From the NCBI RefSeq assembly GCF_009914755.1, contig NC_060936.1: a stretch of DNA of 64,000 bases. One strand, written 5' to 3'. The stretch is from the human T2T-CHM13v2.0 reference genome, Homo sapiens. Both the position numbers and the translations under genes were made by a program. Below the pieces are notes generated by a model. It was not told where the DNA came from. It worked only from the letters and a program-made list of their open reading frames with translations, and ran no database searches. Positions 1 to 14,189 of the stretch are shown here, in pieces. Every line of letters begins with the position of its first letter. Position 1 is the first letter of the stretch.

Positions 1-59
1 AAGCATCAAAATTCTTTTTCTGGTCTTAGCCTCTGAAATGCTGTTATCAGTTAAGGGTA

Positions 60-900
60 GAGACGGGGCAGTAACAGGATTTGGAGGTAAAGTTGAAGGG
101 GAGATGGTAGAAAGAGAGCTATATTAGAGAAAGGAAGAACACTGAAGAGGACAAATAAAGATAATGATGATCATTGCCAAGAGGATCAATGCAGAGGTAC
201 TGAAGAGGTGGAATCTACAAGACTTGGTGACTAACTGACATGTTGTCACTTCAACTGAAGGTAATGGAGAAAAAAATCATGGAAGATCACTTTAGACTAC
301 GTTGAGATTTTAGTGTTTGTGAGAAATCTGGGTAAATATGTTGAATTGGCTATTGAAAACACAGGTATGGGGTTCAAGAGAGATTGAGAACCAAGTGCAA
401 ATTTGGTATTGTTTGATATATACTGCAAAAATGAAATGAAGCCATGGAAATAAATGAGAGGATGGAATTGTAAAGGGGAGTATTCACGAGAGAAAACAAG
501 ACTGAAAAAGAGGAACCAAAGGAAGAAGAGATCCAAGAAAGGGCACCCCGAGCAGTAAAAGTAGAAAAAGGATTTCAACAAAGAGAACTGTCCACAGTTC
601 AAAATGGTTCAGTCAAATGAAAATGGAAGAGAGGACACTGGATGTAGCAATTCACATGGAACATGGGGGAGTACAAATTGAAATAAGCTAAAAAGTGAAT
701 GGAACATCAAGAAAATAGAGACAGGAAATACAGATTTCATTTCAAAAAGTTTGCCTATGAAGGAAAGGAGAGGGCTACGTTGGTATTTTGAGAAGAAAAC
801 AAAAGCAAGGATTTAAGGAATTACTTAAGGTAATGAAACTTGAATATGTTTACAGGTTGAGGAAATGGGACCAGTAAAAGGGGAAAGACTGGATGGTACA
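60..900 (-). mobile_element. Ancient L2 LINE fragments
   Basis: Purine-rich motifs such as gaggtggaatctacaagacttggtgactaactg resemble the L2 antisense consensus; boundaries approximate. Confidence 0.55.
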
Positions 901-1042
901 AAGTACAAAATGGATAATCGATTGAGCTCTAATCCAATTTCACTATTTCTAGCTGCATAAAAAATAGTCCATAAAACAAATTAATTAGTTCTTCTCTGAT
1001 GTTCAAGACAAAACAAGATAGAAGGTAAAGAATGGAACATCA

Positions 1043-4000
1043 GGGGCTGGCAAGATGGCCAAATAGGAACAGCTCTGGTCTGCAGCTCTCAGAGAGATAA
1101 ACGTGGAAGGTGGGTGATTTCTGCATTTCCAACTGAGGTACCTGGCTCATGTTATTGGGACTGGTTAGACAGTGGGTGCAGCCCAGGGAGGGCGAGCCAA
1201 AGCCAGGGCTGGTCGGCGGGAGGGGGTGCGTCACCTCATCTGGGAAGTGCAAGGGGTCAGGGAACTCCCTCCCCTCCCTAAGGGAAGCTGTGAGGGACTG
1301 TGCCATGAGGAAGGGTGCACTCTAGCCCAGATACTATGCTTTTCCCATGGTCTTAGCAAACCACGGACCAGGAGATTCCTCAGGTGCCTATGACACAAGG
1401 GCCCTGGGTTTCAAGCGCAAAACCGAGCGGTTGTTTGGGCAGACACTGAGCTAGCTGCAGGAGGTTTTTTTCATACTCCAGTGGCGACTGGAACACCAGT
1501 GAGACAGAACCGTTCACTACCCTGGAAAAGGGGCTGAAGCCAGGGAGCCAAGTGGTCTAGCTCAGCGGATCCCACTCCCATGGAGCCCAGCAAGCTAAGA
1601 TCCACTATCTTGAAATTCTTGCTGCCAGCACAGCAGTCTGAAGTCTACCTGGGAAGCTCGAGCTTGGTGGGGATAGGGGTGTCCACCATTACTGAAGCTT
1701 GAGTAGATGGTTTTCCCGTCATGGTGTAAACAAAGCCAGAATTTCATTATCTAGCCAAACTAAGCTTCATGAGTGAAGGAGAAATAAAATCCTTTACAGA
1801 CAAGCAAATGCCGAGAGATTTTGTCACTGCCAGGCATGCCTTACAAGAGCTCCTGCAGGAAGCAGTAAACATGGAAAGGAAAAACTGGTACCAGCCACTG
1901 CAAAAACATACTAAATTGTAAAGACCATTGACACTATGAAGAAACTGCATCAACTAATGGGCAAAATAACCAGCTAGCATCACAATGACAGCATCAAATT
2001 CACACATAACAATATTAACCTTAAATGTAAATAGGTTAAATGCCCCAATTAAAAGACACAGACTAGCAAATTGGATAAAGAGTAAAGATCCATCGGTGTG
2101 CTGTATTCAGGAGACCCATCTCACGTGCAAAGACACCCATAGCCTCAACATAAAGGGATGGAGGAATATTTACCAAACAAATGGAAAGCTAAAAACATCA
2201 GGGGTTGCAATCCTAGTCTCTGATAAAACCGACTTTAAACCAACAAAGGACAAAAAAGACACAGAAGAGCATTACATAATGGTAAAGGGATGAATGCAAC
2301 AAGAAGAGCTACCTATCCTAAATATATATGCACCCAATACAGGAGCACCCAGATTCATACAGCAAGTCCTTAGAGACTTACAAAGAGACTTAGACTCCCA
2401 CACAATAATGGTGGGAGACTTTAACACCTCACCATCAATATTAGACAGATCAATGAGACAGAAAATTCACAAGGATATTCAGGACTTGAACTCAGCTCTG
2501 GACCAAGTGGACTTAATAGACATCTACAGAACTGTCCACCCAAATCAACAGAATATACATTCTTCTCATCACCACATCACACTTATTCTAAAATTGACCA
2601 CATAACTGGAAGTAAAAACTCCTCAGCAAATGCAAAAAATTGGAAATAATAACAAAGAGTCTCTCAGACCACAGTGCAATTACATTAGAACTCAGGATTA
2701 AAAAACTCACTCGAAACCACACAACTATATGGAAACTGAACAATATGCTCCAGAGTGACTACTGGGTAAATAATGAAATTAAGGCAGAAATAAAGAAGTT
2801 ATTTGAAACCAATGAGAACAAAGACATATCATACCAGAATCTCTGGGACACAGCTAAAGCATTGTTGAGACGGAAATTTATAGCACTAAATGCCCACAGG
2901 AGAAAGCAGTAAAGATCTAAAATTAACACCCTAACATTACAATTAAAAGAACTAAAGAAGCAAGAGCAAACAAATTCAAAAGCTAGCAGAAGACAAGAAA
3001 TAATTAAGATCAGAGCAGAACAGAGGAAGATAGAGACATTAAAAACCTTTCAAAAAATGAATGAATCCAGGAGCTGGTTTTTTGAAAAGATAAACAAAAT
3101 AGATAGACTGCTAGCTAGACTAATAAAGAAGAAAAGAGAGAAGAGTCAAATAGACATAATTAAAAAAATGATAAAGGTGATATCACCACTGATCCCACAG
3201 AAATACAAACTACCATCAGAGAATACTATAAACAACTCTATGCAAATAAACTAGAAAATCTAGAAGAAATGGATAAATTCCTGCAAACATACACCCTCCC
3301 AAGGCTAAACCAGGAAGAAGTCGAATCCCTGAAAAGACCAATAACAAGGTCTGAAATTGACGTAGTAATTAATAGCCTACCAACCAAAGAAAAGCCCAGG
3401 ACCAGATGAATTTACAGCCGAATTCTACCAGAGGTATAAAGAGGAGCTGCTATCATTCCTTCTGAAACTAACCAAACAATAGAAAAAGAAGGACTCCTCC
3501 CTAAGTCATTTAATGAGGCCAGCATCATCCTGATACCAAAACCTGGCAGAGACACAACAAAAAAAGAAAATTTCAGGCCAATATCCCCAGTGAACCCGGA
3601 TGCAAAAATCCTCAATAAAACACTGGCAAACCAAATCCAGCAGCACATCAAAAAGCTTATCCACCATGATCAAGTCGGCTTCATCCCTGGGATGCAAGGC
3701 TGGTTCAACACATGCAAATCAATAAACATAATCCATCACAAAAACAGAAGCAATGACCAAAACCACATGATTATCTCAATAGATGCAGAAAGGCCTTCAA
3801 TAAAATTCAGCACCGCTTCATGCTAAATACACTCAATAAACTAGGAATTGATGGAATGTATCTCAAAATAATAAGAGCTATTTATGACAAACCCACAGCC
3901 AATATCATACTGAATGGGAAATGTTGGAAGTATTCCCTTCGAAAATGAGCACAAGACAAGAATGCCCTCTCTCACCATTCCTATTCAACATAGTATTGGA

Positions 4001-6014
4001 AGTTCTGGACAGGGTAATCAGGCAAAAGAAAGCAATAAAGGGTATTCAAATAGGAAGAGAGGAAGTTAAATTGTCTCTGTTTGCAGATGACATGATTTTA
4101 TATTTTTAAAAACCCCATTGTCTCAGCCTCAACTCTCCTTAAGCTGATAAGCAACTTCAGCAAAGGCTCAGGATACAAAATCAATGTGCCAAAATCACAA
4201 GCATTCCTATACACTAATAGACAGCCAAATCATGAGTGAATTCCCATTAACAATTGCTACAAAGAGAATAAAATACATAAGAATACAACTTACATGGGAT
4301 GTGAAAGACCTCCTCAAGGAGAACTACAAACCACTGCTCAAGGAAATAAGAGAGGACACAAACAAAGGTAAAAACATTCCATGCTCATGGATAGGAAGAA
4401 TCAATATAGTGAAAATGGCCACACTGCCAAAAGTAATTTATAGATTCAATGCTGTCCCCATGAAGCTGCCATTGACTTTTTTCACAGAATTAGAAAAAAT
4501 CACTTTAAATTTCATATGGAACCAAAAAAGAGTCTGTATAGCCAAGACAATCCTAAACAAAAAGAACAAAGCTGGAGGCATCAAGCTACCTGAATTCAAA
4601 CTACAGTACAAGACTACAGTAACCAAAACAGCATGAGACTTGTACCAAAACAGATATATAGACCAATGGAACAGAACAGAGGCCTCAGAAATAACGTCAC
4701 ATATCTGTCAACATTCATTGACAAACTTGACAAAAACAAGCAATGTGGAAAGGACTCCCTATTTAATAAATGGTGCTGGGAAAACTGGCTAGCCATATGC
4801 AGAAAACTGAAACTGGACTCCTTCCTTACACCTTATACAAAAATTAACTCAAGATGGATTAAAGACTTAAATGTAAGACCTAAAACTATAAAAACCCTAG
4901 AAGAAAACCAAGGCAATACCATTCAGGACATAGGCATGGGCAAAGATTTCATGACTAAAACACCAAAAGTAATGGCAACAAAAGCCAAAATTGACAAATG
5001 GGATCTAATTAAACTAAAGAGCTTCTGCACAGCAAAAGAAACTATCATCAGAGTGAACAGGCAGCCTACAGAATGGGAGAAAATCTTTGCAATCTATCCA
5101 TCTGACAAAGGGCTAATATCCAGAATCTACAAAGAACTTAAACAAATTTACAAGAAAAAAACAAACAACCCCATCAAAAAGTGGGCAAAAGATATGAACA
5201 GACACTTCTCAAAAGAAGACATTCGTGTGACCAACAAACATACGAAAAAAAGCTCATCATCACTGGTCATTAGAGAAATGCAAATCAAAACCACAATGAG
5301 ATACAATTTCACACCAGTTAGAATGGCAATCACTAAAAAGTTAGGAAACAACAGATGCTGGAGAGGATGTGGAGAAATAGAAATGCTTTTACACTGTTGG
5401 TGGGAGTGTAAATTAGTTCAACCATTGTGGAAGGCCATGTGGCAATTCCTCAAGGATCTAGAACCAGAAATACCATTTGACCCAGCAATCCCATTACTGG
5501 GCATATACCCAAAGGATTATAAATTATTCTACTATAAAGACACATGCACACGTATGTTTATTGCAGCACTGTTCACAATAGCAAAGCTTGGAAGCAACCC
5601 AAATGCCCATCAATGATAGACTGGATAAAGAAAATGTGGCACATATATACCACTGAATACTACGCAGCCATAAAAAAGGATGAGTTCCTGTCCTTTGCAG
5701 GGACATGGATAAAGCTGGAAACCATCATTCTCAGCAAACTAACACAGGAACAGAAAACAAAACACCACATGTTCTCACTCAGTGGGAGTTGAACAATGAG
5801 CACACATGGACACAGGGAGGGGAACATCACACACTGGGGCCTGTCATGGGGATTGGGAGACAGGGGAGGGATAGCATTAGGAGAAATACCTAATGTAGAT
5901 GACAGGTTGATTGGTGCAGCAAACCACCATGGCACATGTATACCTATGTAACAAACCTGCACATTCTGCCCATGTATCCCAGAACTTAAAGTATAATAAA
6001 AAAAAATTAAAAAA
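1043..6014 (+). mobile_element. L1PA7/PA8-like LINE-1, 5'-intact, with a large internal deletion and disrupted ORF2
   Basis: 5'UTR start ggggctggcaagatggccaaataggaacagctc. ORF1 C-terminal remnant ends at TAA 1919-1921, followed by a 63-bp spacer and the ORF2 ATG at 1985 (MTASNSHITILTLNVN). EN/RT/C-terminal fragments appear in the ORF track. 3'UTR and A tail present. TSD AAAGAATGGAACATCA(G) at 1027-1043 and 6015-6031. Confidence 0.95.
1985..5792 (+). pseudogene. L1 ORF2 (endonuclease/reverse transcriptase), broken by stops and frameshifts
   Basis: Fragments include CCIQETH, VGDFNT, LFADDMI and the C-terminal Cys-rich region, spread over different frames. Confidence 0.93.
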
Positions 6015-7637
6015 AAAGAATGGAACATCAGAAGGGAGAAAGAAATTATAGGTGATTTTTTTTCTTTTTCTCTTGCCTTTGCCACCAGCAAAATTCTAAA
6101 TCCTGAATTTGAAGCTCTGCTTTAAAAGTGATATATTATTTAAAAATGCACACAAGTATACTAATACTAATCCTAGTAAGTCATCATTCATCCATAGTTT
6201 TTTGGGGAAAGGGTGGCACCGCTTAGCTAAAGAGTGAGTCTAATTAAGTAGATCATCATATATACCAGGACACATTTGTGAGTAATTACAAGATAAGAAA
6301 CCCATTAGCTCTTAAAACTATGTTGAACATAACTCAATCTTTCTTTACTGATTTGAAAGAATCTTCTAGTGCCCTGGGGCCATCATTATAAATATTAATT
6401 CTCATTGAAAATACGGAACTGTCAGTTCGTTGATACTTTCTAGTAGAAATAGCCTTTTCTAATTTTAGACTTGTTAAATAAATTGACAGATAGGTTTGAA
6501 GAAAGAAAAGGTTAATGCCGCAGATATTACAAATGCAGAGAATTACCAGTTTGCTTCTGGTCCCTAAAATTCTATGACTATTTCCAGCTGAAAACGTCCA
6601 CCATGGTTATCAGAAATCTTATTTTAGTAAGTTTACTGCAGGTCAATAATATAGCATATATTGATATAATCCTAAGGCAACTATTTTGGAAAAGTACATA
6701 AATAGGATGATAACACATTTCCATGGTTAAATGAATGACTTTGTGATAATATATGATGGAACATTTCCCTTTTCATATTTATCCAGCTGTATAATTTCAG
6801 TGATGAAAGGATATGACAGTTGACTTACCAATTCAAACTAAACATTTTACCTATAGTTTTTAGTGAGTTAAACGACAAATTCAGGTCAGTAGGGGAATGC
6901 TATTAATATATTTGGGTGAATTGCACCTACAGAAGAAAGTACTAGAAAGCAAAATGCATGGTTTATTTTGTAATGGGGCAGCATTTGAGGAGATTCTTTA
7001 TTGAGGATAAATACACAGAATAGAAATATTGAATATGAGTTATAATTTCCATTATCAAAGGGAAAGCGAAACGGTATAAATACTGTAATAGTCTTCAGGG
7101 CTGACTATTTCTGTTTTCAGTATTTATATAGTATCCTCAAGAAAGTGTAGCATTTGACTATGAAATCATGCGTGTGAAAGCACATTGTGGGATATTTGCA
7201 GCATGCTAGGCACTAGGCTAGGCCCTGAGGGCATAAAGATACAGTTGTGCCCTATTAGACTCACATCTAATAAAACAAGCACACACACACACATACAAAC
7301 ATGTAATGCATATGTGTGTGTATAAAATTGCCTGTGAGGACTGCCTGAAGGAAATACAGCTTATTAGGAATCTATTCATTTATTATTTTAGATACAAGGA
7401 GTACATCTAGGTTGTGTTATTTTGGTTTTCCTAAAACCATGTTAAGATATATTTTCAGATTATGGTCTCACTTTTTCTTTCATTACACACTACACGAAGA
7501 CAGCCTGCAAATATAATTCCTGTGCATTTGCTATGAAATGAGGGCCTTATTGGTATATCCCCTCTATCAACCCATGCACATTTGGAAGCTCCGCTTGAGA
7601 GTTAAACATTGAAAACAGCACTGTATATCCCTTACAG

Positions 7638-7821
7638 CAGTGGTTCTCACAGTGTGGACCCCCTGAATCAGAATCCTCTGAGGATGCCTTACAAAAATGG
7701 ATATTTTTAATCTTTTTCCTAGACCTATGAAATCAGAATCCCAGGTAATGGAGTCTGATAATCTGTCTTTTCACATACTCCCCAGGTGATCTGTGTGTGC
7801 CTTAAAGTTTGAAAGCTGATG
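7638..7821. mobile_element. MER5A-like hAT-Charlie DNA transposon
   Basis: Starts cagtggttctcacagtgtggacc; contains gaaatcagaatc and ctccccaggtgat; ends aaagtttgaaagc. Confidence 0.75.
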
Positions 7822-8309
7822 CACTAAGAAGCCAAGAATGTTCTACCTTAGAACATTCTTCCTCAGATCTGTGAAGCATATTCTCCTCCTTTTAGTTTTG
7901 GCCTTCAAGAGACTTAGTATCAAATTTGATGCTCAACTCTAACAACGATCATATTTTATCTAATCTTACTAATTCACTCATTGTAAGTTGCACATAATAA
8001 CGATTATATGTATCACTAAAAATGCTGCCAATTAAACAATGACATCATCATTAGACACTTTCTGATTTTTGGAATGTTAAAATGTGAAATACGTGCATCT
8101 TAGAATTGATGGAGGATGGTCTACAGACTGCTATCCTTGTATTGTAACTCTTGTGTGACAGGATTATCAAAATAAAAATAAAGTTTCGAGAGACGAACAC
8201 AAGTTTGCTAGAAAATCTGTGAGAGGGAGAGCACTTTTAGATTGAGGGAAGAGCAAGTGCAAAGTCCCAGGAGACATGAAACTCACATGCTTAGTCTAGA
8301 GAGTGTACT

Positions 8310-8480
8310 AAAGTCAGAATGCTTGAGTTCCAATGTCTGCCTTGACGCTTACCAACTGAATGATATTGGAATAACCTAATTTTAAATGTCTCTGGGCATA
8401 GGGTTGTAAGACTTAAATATCATAATACAAATAGAATGCTGAATACATTACCCAACAATTCTCAGTTACAGATTATAATG
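8310..8480 (+). mobile_element. MIR fragment
   Basis: agtcagaatgcttgagttccaat...cttaccaactgaatgatattgg matches the MIR core. Confidence 0.55.
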
Positions 8481-8499
8481 ATGATTATTGTGAAAGGGA

Positions 8500-8945
8500 A
8501 CAGTCTAGTGGGGAAGGAATGGGAAACGAGAGAAGATGAAGCTGGAGTGGCAAGTGGGAGTAGGATTTTGAGGATTGCACATTCCTAAGAAGCTTAGACT
8601 TTATCTCCTAATAGGGAATCACTGGAAGCAGGATAGTGATTGGTCTCCTCTGAATTTGAAACCAATTACTCTAGTGTCAGTTTGGACAATGAATTCGAAG
8701 TCAGGGACCATAAAGACAGGGAAAGAAAACTTAGGAGCCTCTGGCAATAGTTCAGATGAGGGATGATAAGAATGGTTGCAGTCAAGATGAAGAGTGGGAA
8801 AGACTTCCTGGAGAGATTCAAAAGCTAGTTTGAATTACAAAGTAATTCAAAATTACATAACTCAATGGCAAATGTGATGTAGTGAGTGAGTGATCAGGAG
8901 ATGTAAAAGATATTTCCAAGATTTTTTAGTGTACTGAATTATTTT
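8500..8945 (-). mobile_element. L2 fragment
   Basis: gacttttatc/tagggaatcactggaag/ctggcaatagttcagatgagggatgat-type L2 antisense motifs. Confidence 0.55.
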
Positions 8946-9215
8946 TAGAGAGTAGATGCCTATTGTAGAGATTACAGCAGCCTTTGCCCTTAAGAAAATT
9001 AAAAATGAAAACGGAAAACCTCAGAAGTCGCCATATAATTAGCATTCACCTATACCTCTAAATAAAGGGAAGACAAACTCAGGGAGAAGAAATGGCATAG
9101 ACAGTAGGTTAATATTATCAGGAATGGATGAAGTTAATCAGGAAAATAAAACAAGATATTAATCACAAAGTTCATATGTGCTTTTTTGCATCTACACTAG
9201 TAGATATTACACATA

Positions 9216-9217
<2 letters not shown>

Positions 9218-9247
<30 letters not shown>
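9218..9247. repeat. (CA)n microsatellite, about 15 units
   Basis: Directly visible. Confidence 0.95.
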
Positions 9248-9251
<4 letters not shown>

Positions 9252-9479
9252 TTTATGAATAGCAATAGGAGCTACAATAATTTGACCTATATTTACAGCT
9301 GGGGGCTGACCTGTAGCTGTAATCAGAAAATCTGAGTTCAAATCTCGGCAATGGCCATTTAATGACTGTGGTCTAAGACAAATTTGCTAACTTTGCTGAC
9401 AGAGTTTCATCATCTATACAAACAAGAACAATTATATCTACTTTACAATACTTCTGTAAAAGCATTTTGAAAATTATGA

Positions 9480-9789
<310 letters not shown>

Positions 9790-11552
9790 TACTATATGCA
9801 TTTTTATCTGATAGGAGTTTTACACCTTTAGTGAAACACAAAAACTCTATACGTTTTCATGAATCAGGATAAAAAGTACTTAAATCATTTTTAGTTTTAA
9901 AATGTAACTCCATCCTCATTTCTCAATACTATTTCCTTTTAAAAATACATTTTAATATCTTTCTATTGGTTTTTAGATACCTCAGCCAATGAGATGCAAT
10001 GCTAATGGAATTCTCCTGTAAAAACTATGATCAAATAGAAAGGAGATACATATACTTAACCTAGTTTAGGATCAGACTCTGATTTGAAAAATCAAGACCT
10101 AAAAAAATTGTTCTTGAAATAGAAATCAGAGTTGAATGACCTCAGTGCTACAGTAAATTTGGAATTACTCTAAGTAATCCTATGGTAATGAGAAAATGAA
10201 AAACAGAGGACACACTACTAAAAGAAAGGCTAAAACAAGGGAACAAGGGAATGATGACTTAAGCATGTACTGAAATATAGCCTAGAAATATGGAGGAAAA
10301 AAATAAAGAGGACACAGGCATTCTATTATATGACACTATTCATATTACTTTTGTCCTTAAGTTTTCTTTTGCTTAATTTGCTACCCTAAACCAGAATGGA
10401 GATCCTGGCATTCACCTCATATCATTACCTTAGGTATAGAAATGTATTTCCTGGCATAACTAAGCTACATACGATTGCCCTGATCAGACAATCATCTTAC
10501 AATAATCTTGTACATATTCCTTCCCTTTATAGATGAGGACTTTTCCCCAATCTGTAGGCATTTGATAAGGAAAGTGGGGAATGTTGGTAAAATATATTTA
10601 TATTTGGGAATTTTTAAAGTTGAAAGGGGTATACAGGTAAACAGAAATACTATACATAGACACAACCTATAAAATCACACTAATCAAAAAATAACTAATT
10701 GAAGACTTGAATATTAAATATTTATAAAAGTAAAACAGAAAAATATGTTGGGTGTAGTTGGTCTGATTAGCAAGCCTAAAATCATTAAAAGACTTGCAGA
10801 TGAGACAAAGGTTGAAAAAAAGGGACTTGATTTAAGATTGTAAAAGAAATGACACTCTATGGTTTGGTGGCAGGAAACGTAGCTAAGTTTGTGTAAAGGA
10901 AAAGTTCAAACCCAGCAGAGTATCACAATTTCATGAAAGAGTGCAGAATCACATAATCACATAGTGAGAACCAACCTTAAGTAATGTGTTTCCAAATTAT
11001 ACTACTTAATGACAAAAACTCTGTATTCGTTTTTATATAATTAGGCTATTCCCATATTGAGATACATTCAGACAATTTTGATTTTAGATCTGATATCATG
11101 AAGATGAAGCACAACAGTGAGAGTGTGGAAGCATAAAATCCTTTGAATTTGACTCATCTAGAGATGGTATTACATTCTATATTTTTACAGTTTATCATAT
11201 CATCACTATAATGTTTAAAAGATAATAACTTAGAAAGGCAAACTGATTCTTAAAGGCCAGAATTTGAGGGATATGTATATAATAATAATAACATAACCAG
11301 AAATTAATGAAATTGTTTCTGACATATGAATCCTGATAGAATTCACTTTTATGAGATTAGACTGCCACAGGCTCATTTGTGATTCTGAAATATAGTATGT
11401 ATATGTGTACATACATATTTTATATATATATACATTACACATATACATTATATATGCTTTATATATACACATACATATATAGCATGCTGTAATATAGTTA
11501 GGCTTTTAAATTAGAAAGCAATATGTACAAAATGCCTAGCATGATGAACTAC

Positions 11553-12192
11553 TTTCTTTTTTTTAAACTTTCATTTTAAGTTCAGGGGTGTATGTGCAGG
11601 TTTGTTACACAGGTAAACTTGTGTCATGGGATTTTCTTGTACAGATTATTTCATCACCCAGGTATTAAGCCTAGTACTCATTAGTTATTTTTCCTGACCT
11701 TCTCCCTACTCCCACCTTCCACCTTCCAATAGGCCCCAGTGTCTGTTGTTTTCCTCTACGTGTCAATGTCTTCTCATCATTTAGCTTCCACTTATAAGTG
11801 AGAACAAGTGGTATTTGGTTTTCTGTTACTGCATTAGTTTGCTAACAATAATGGCCTCCAGCTCCATTAATATTCCTGCAGAGGACATGATCTCATTCTT
11901 TTTTATGGCGGCATAGTGTTCTATAATATATATGTACCACATTTTCCTTATGCAGTCTACCATTAATGAGTATTTAGGTTGATTCCATGTTTTCACTATT
12001 GTAAATAGTGCTGCGATTAACATATGCATGCAGGTGTCTTTACAATAGTACAATTTACACTCCTTTGGATATATGCCCAATAATGAGATTGCTGGGTCAA
12101 ATGTTATTTCTGTTTTTGGGTCTTTGAGGAATTGCCACACTGCTTGCCACAATGGTTGAACTAATTTACACTTCCACCAACAATGTATAAAC
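11553..12192 (-). mobile_element. 5'-truncated older L1PA (about PA13-16) 3' end
   Basis: 3'UTR ttcattttaagttcagggg...ttcatcacccaggtattaagcctagt; ORF2 C-terminus in ORF 11826..12230; degenerate TSD gatgaacta(c)tttc at 11543 and 12193. Confidence 0.9.
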
Positions 12193-14189
12193 GATGAACT
12201 ATTTCCTTTAACTAAACTAATCATTACCAAATAAGTGAAAATAGTTTTAGTTTATAAATGGCTCTGTTTTAGACCTCTTTAAAGATTTTAAAAGTTAAGC
12301 GTAGACTTCAGTTTTATAAAGCATGAACACTATGTCCAAATGCTGTTAGGCCTTGGCACCCAGAAATAATATGAAGCAACTGAAATACTTATTAAGATAT
12401 TAAAAGCATTTTGAATATTAACTACATTTTGATCTATGAATTTTTTTTATGAGAAGATATCTATTATATTCAGAGAGGTCTTTGATTATCACTATACTAT
12501 ATAGTACTATCTAACTCAAAAACATTTTTCTCTTTAAAAAGAATAAGGACTGGGAAATTAGCTACAATTTCCAGCCAGGGATTTAAAGGCTAATTTCAAG
12601 GCACTTCAACAGGTTGAGTTAACACAGCAGATAAGTTCTTCTCTATAAATTTCCTACTGACATGTTTCGTGATACAATAAGCCTCATCTGAAAACCAGGT
12701 AACTTTTTCTTCTTTTATCTGAGCAGAAGCATGATTGCATTTTTTAAAAGTACCCTGTCTATGGAAAACCAATTTAGTTTCATTAATGAAAAGGAAGCAC
12801 AATGTGATTGAGAATGTAATACGGAATTATAGTTCATTAATTCTTCAAGTATGTAATTTTCCAGGCTCCTGATCCCCCATTGATTTCTGCACACCCCCAC
12901 AGGTCCCACTAAATGTGAGCAAAAGGAAATTTAATCGTGTTGCTATGTCATGTGTGGCGATGCTGGTGCTCCACAATTAGGCAGAAACATTGTGAGAGGG
13001 ATTTTTCCAGTGACTGCTCCACCATGTAGCCCTGTTAACATTTCTTTGTTGTCAAAAATTGATCAATCACAGACCCACAGACAAATGGGACTGTGACAGT
13101 CTCCTATTACGTGGCCAGTTTCATTAAAGGAGATGACACTTGCAACAATCGAAGCCGATAATTCAGTACACTTAATTAAGCATGATAAATTGGATGTATG
13201 CATCAATCCTTTTTTAAAAAAACTTGTTTGGATTTTCCTATTAGTATCATTGCCATGGAATATGTCAATGCCCATTAAAATATAAAACTCAAAATTTTAC
13301 ACTAATTAATAGAACACAATTACAATTTGGGGTGTTGGCTCAAAGACTTATATCCTGATTTTCTGGTTTTTATAAGGGTTATCTTTTTAAAAAATATAAT
13401 ATAATACTCTGTTCATCTCTCTGCTAACTTGTCCTTGAAACTTAAATCGCTTTATTTGCCACATCTCAGACTTGGGCAAAATTATCGCCATGAATATGGT
13501 GTCAATTAGTGAATGCCAGTAAATGTGGTCTGAAGAATTGAACAGAAATGCATTATGTCTAAACCAAATTTAGCAAAATGTTGTATGGTACTGCTTTCTT
13601 GCCTTGTAAAGACAGCTAATATTTCAAGACGGCTATGGAAGCTGCACTGACAAACCTATTGGGGTTCTTCTATAAGGAATCAAGGTCAGAACAACCCTAT
13701 TGTGCTTTGTTAATAGGCTCGAAGCACAGCACATACTTTATATACTAAGAGAAAAAAGGCAGGTAGAATCTTATAAAGAAGTTCTTAAAACAGCTGTGTG
13801 AACAAAAGCCATCTTAGCAGTGAGAGGAAAATCTACCATGGAGGTCAGTCTTTAAACAGCCCTTATAACCATTTCCTCTCTATAGATGGTAGAGTAGTAA
13901 ATGGGGCAATCGTTAAAGAGTTTCAGCTTTTATTCTCCCCTCTTTATATATTTTTATGCATAGTAGTGCCTTCTTGGCTTAGCAGAGTGTGAATGGTTCT
14001 GTCACCCAGAGCACACAATTCAGGCATGAGTCAGCAATTAGCCTGCACTAATATACTGTCTCAGCTCTCAGGTCTGCAATGACTGGGTTGAAATGGTATA
14101 TGGTGAAAGTTGAGAATGCTTATTAAGAATCCAGTAAAGCAATTACTTATTTTTTCACAGGTTTATTGTCCATCTACCTCATTCTAAAG

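Noticed and set aside
1040-1306. 88-aa antisense ORF in the L1 5'UTR (ORF0-like)
   Set aside because: Generic antisense translation of an older L1 5'UTR; I cannot match it to ORF0 or support translation.
4633-5616. 327-aa ORF and neighbouring ORFs at 1985-5792
   Set aside because: Fragments of a dead L1 ORF2, not a cellular gene or an active element.
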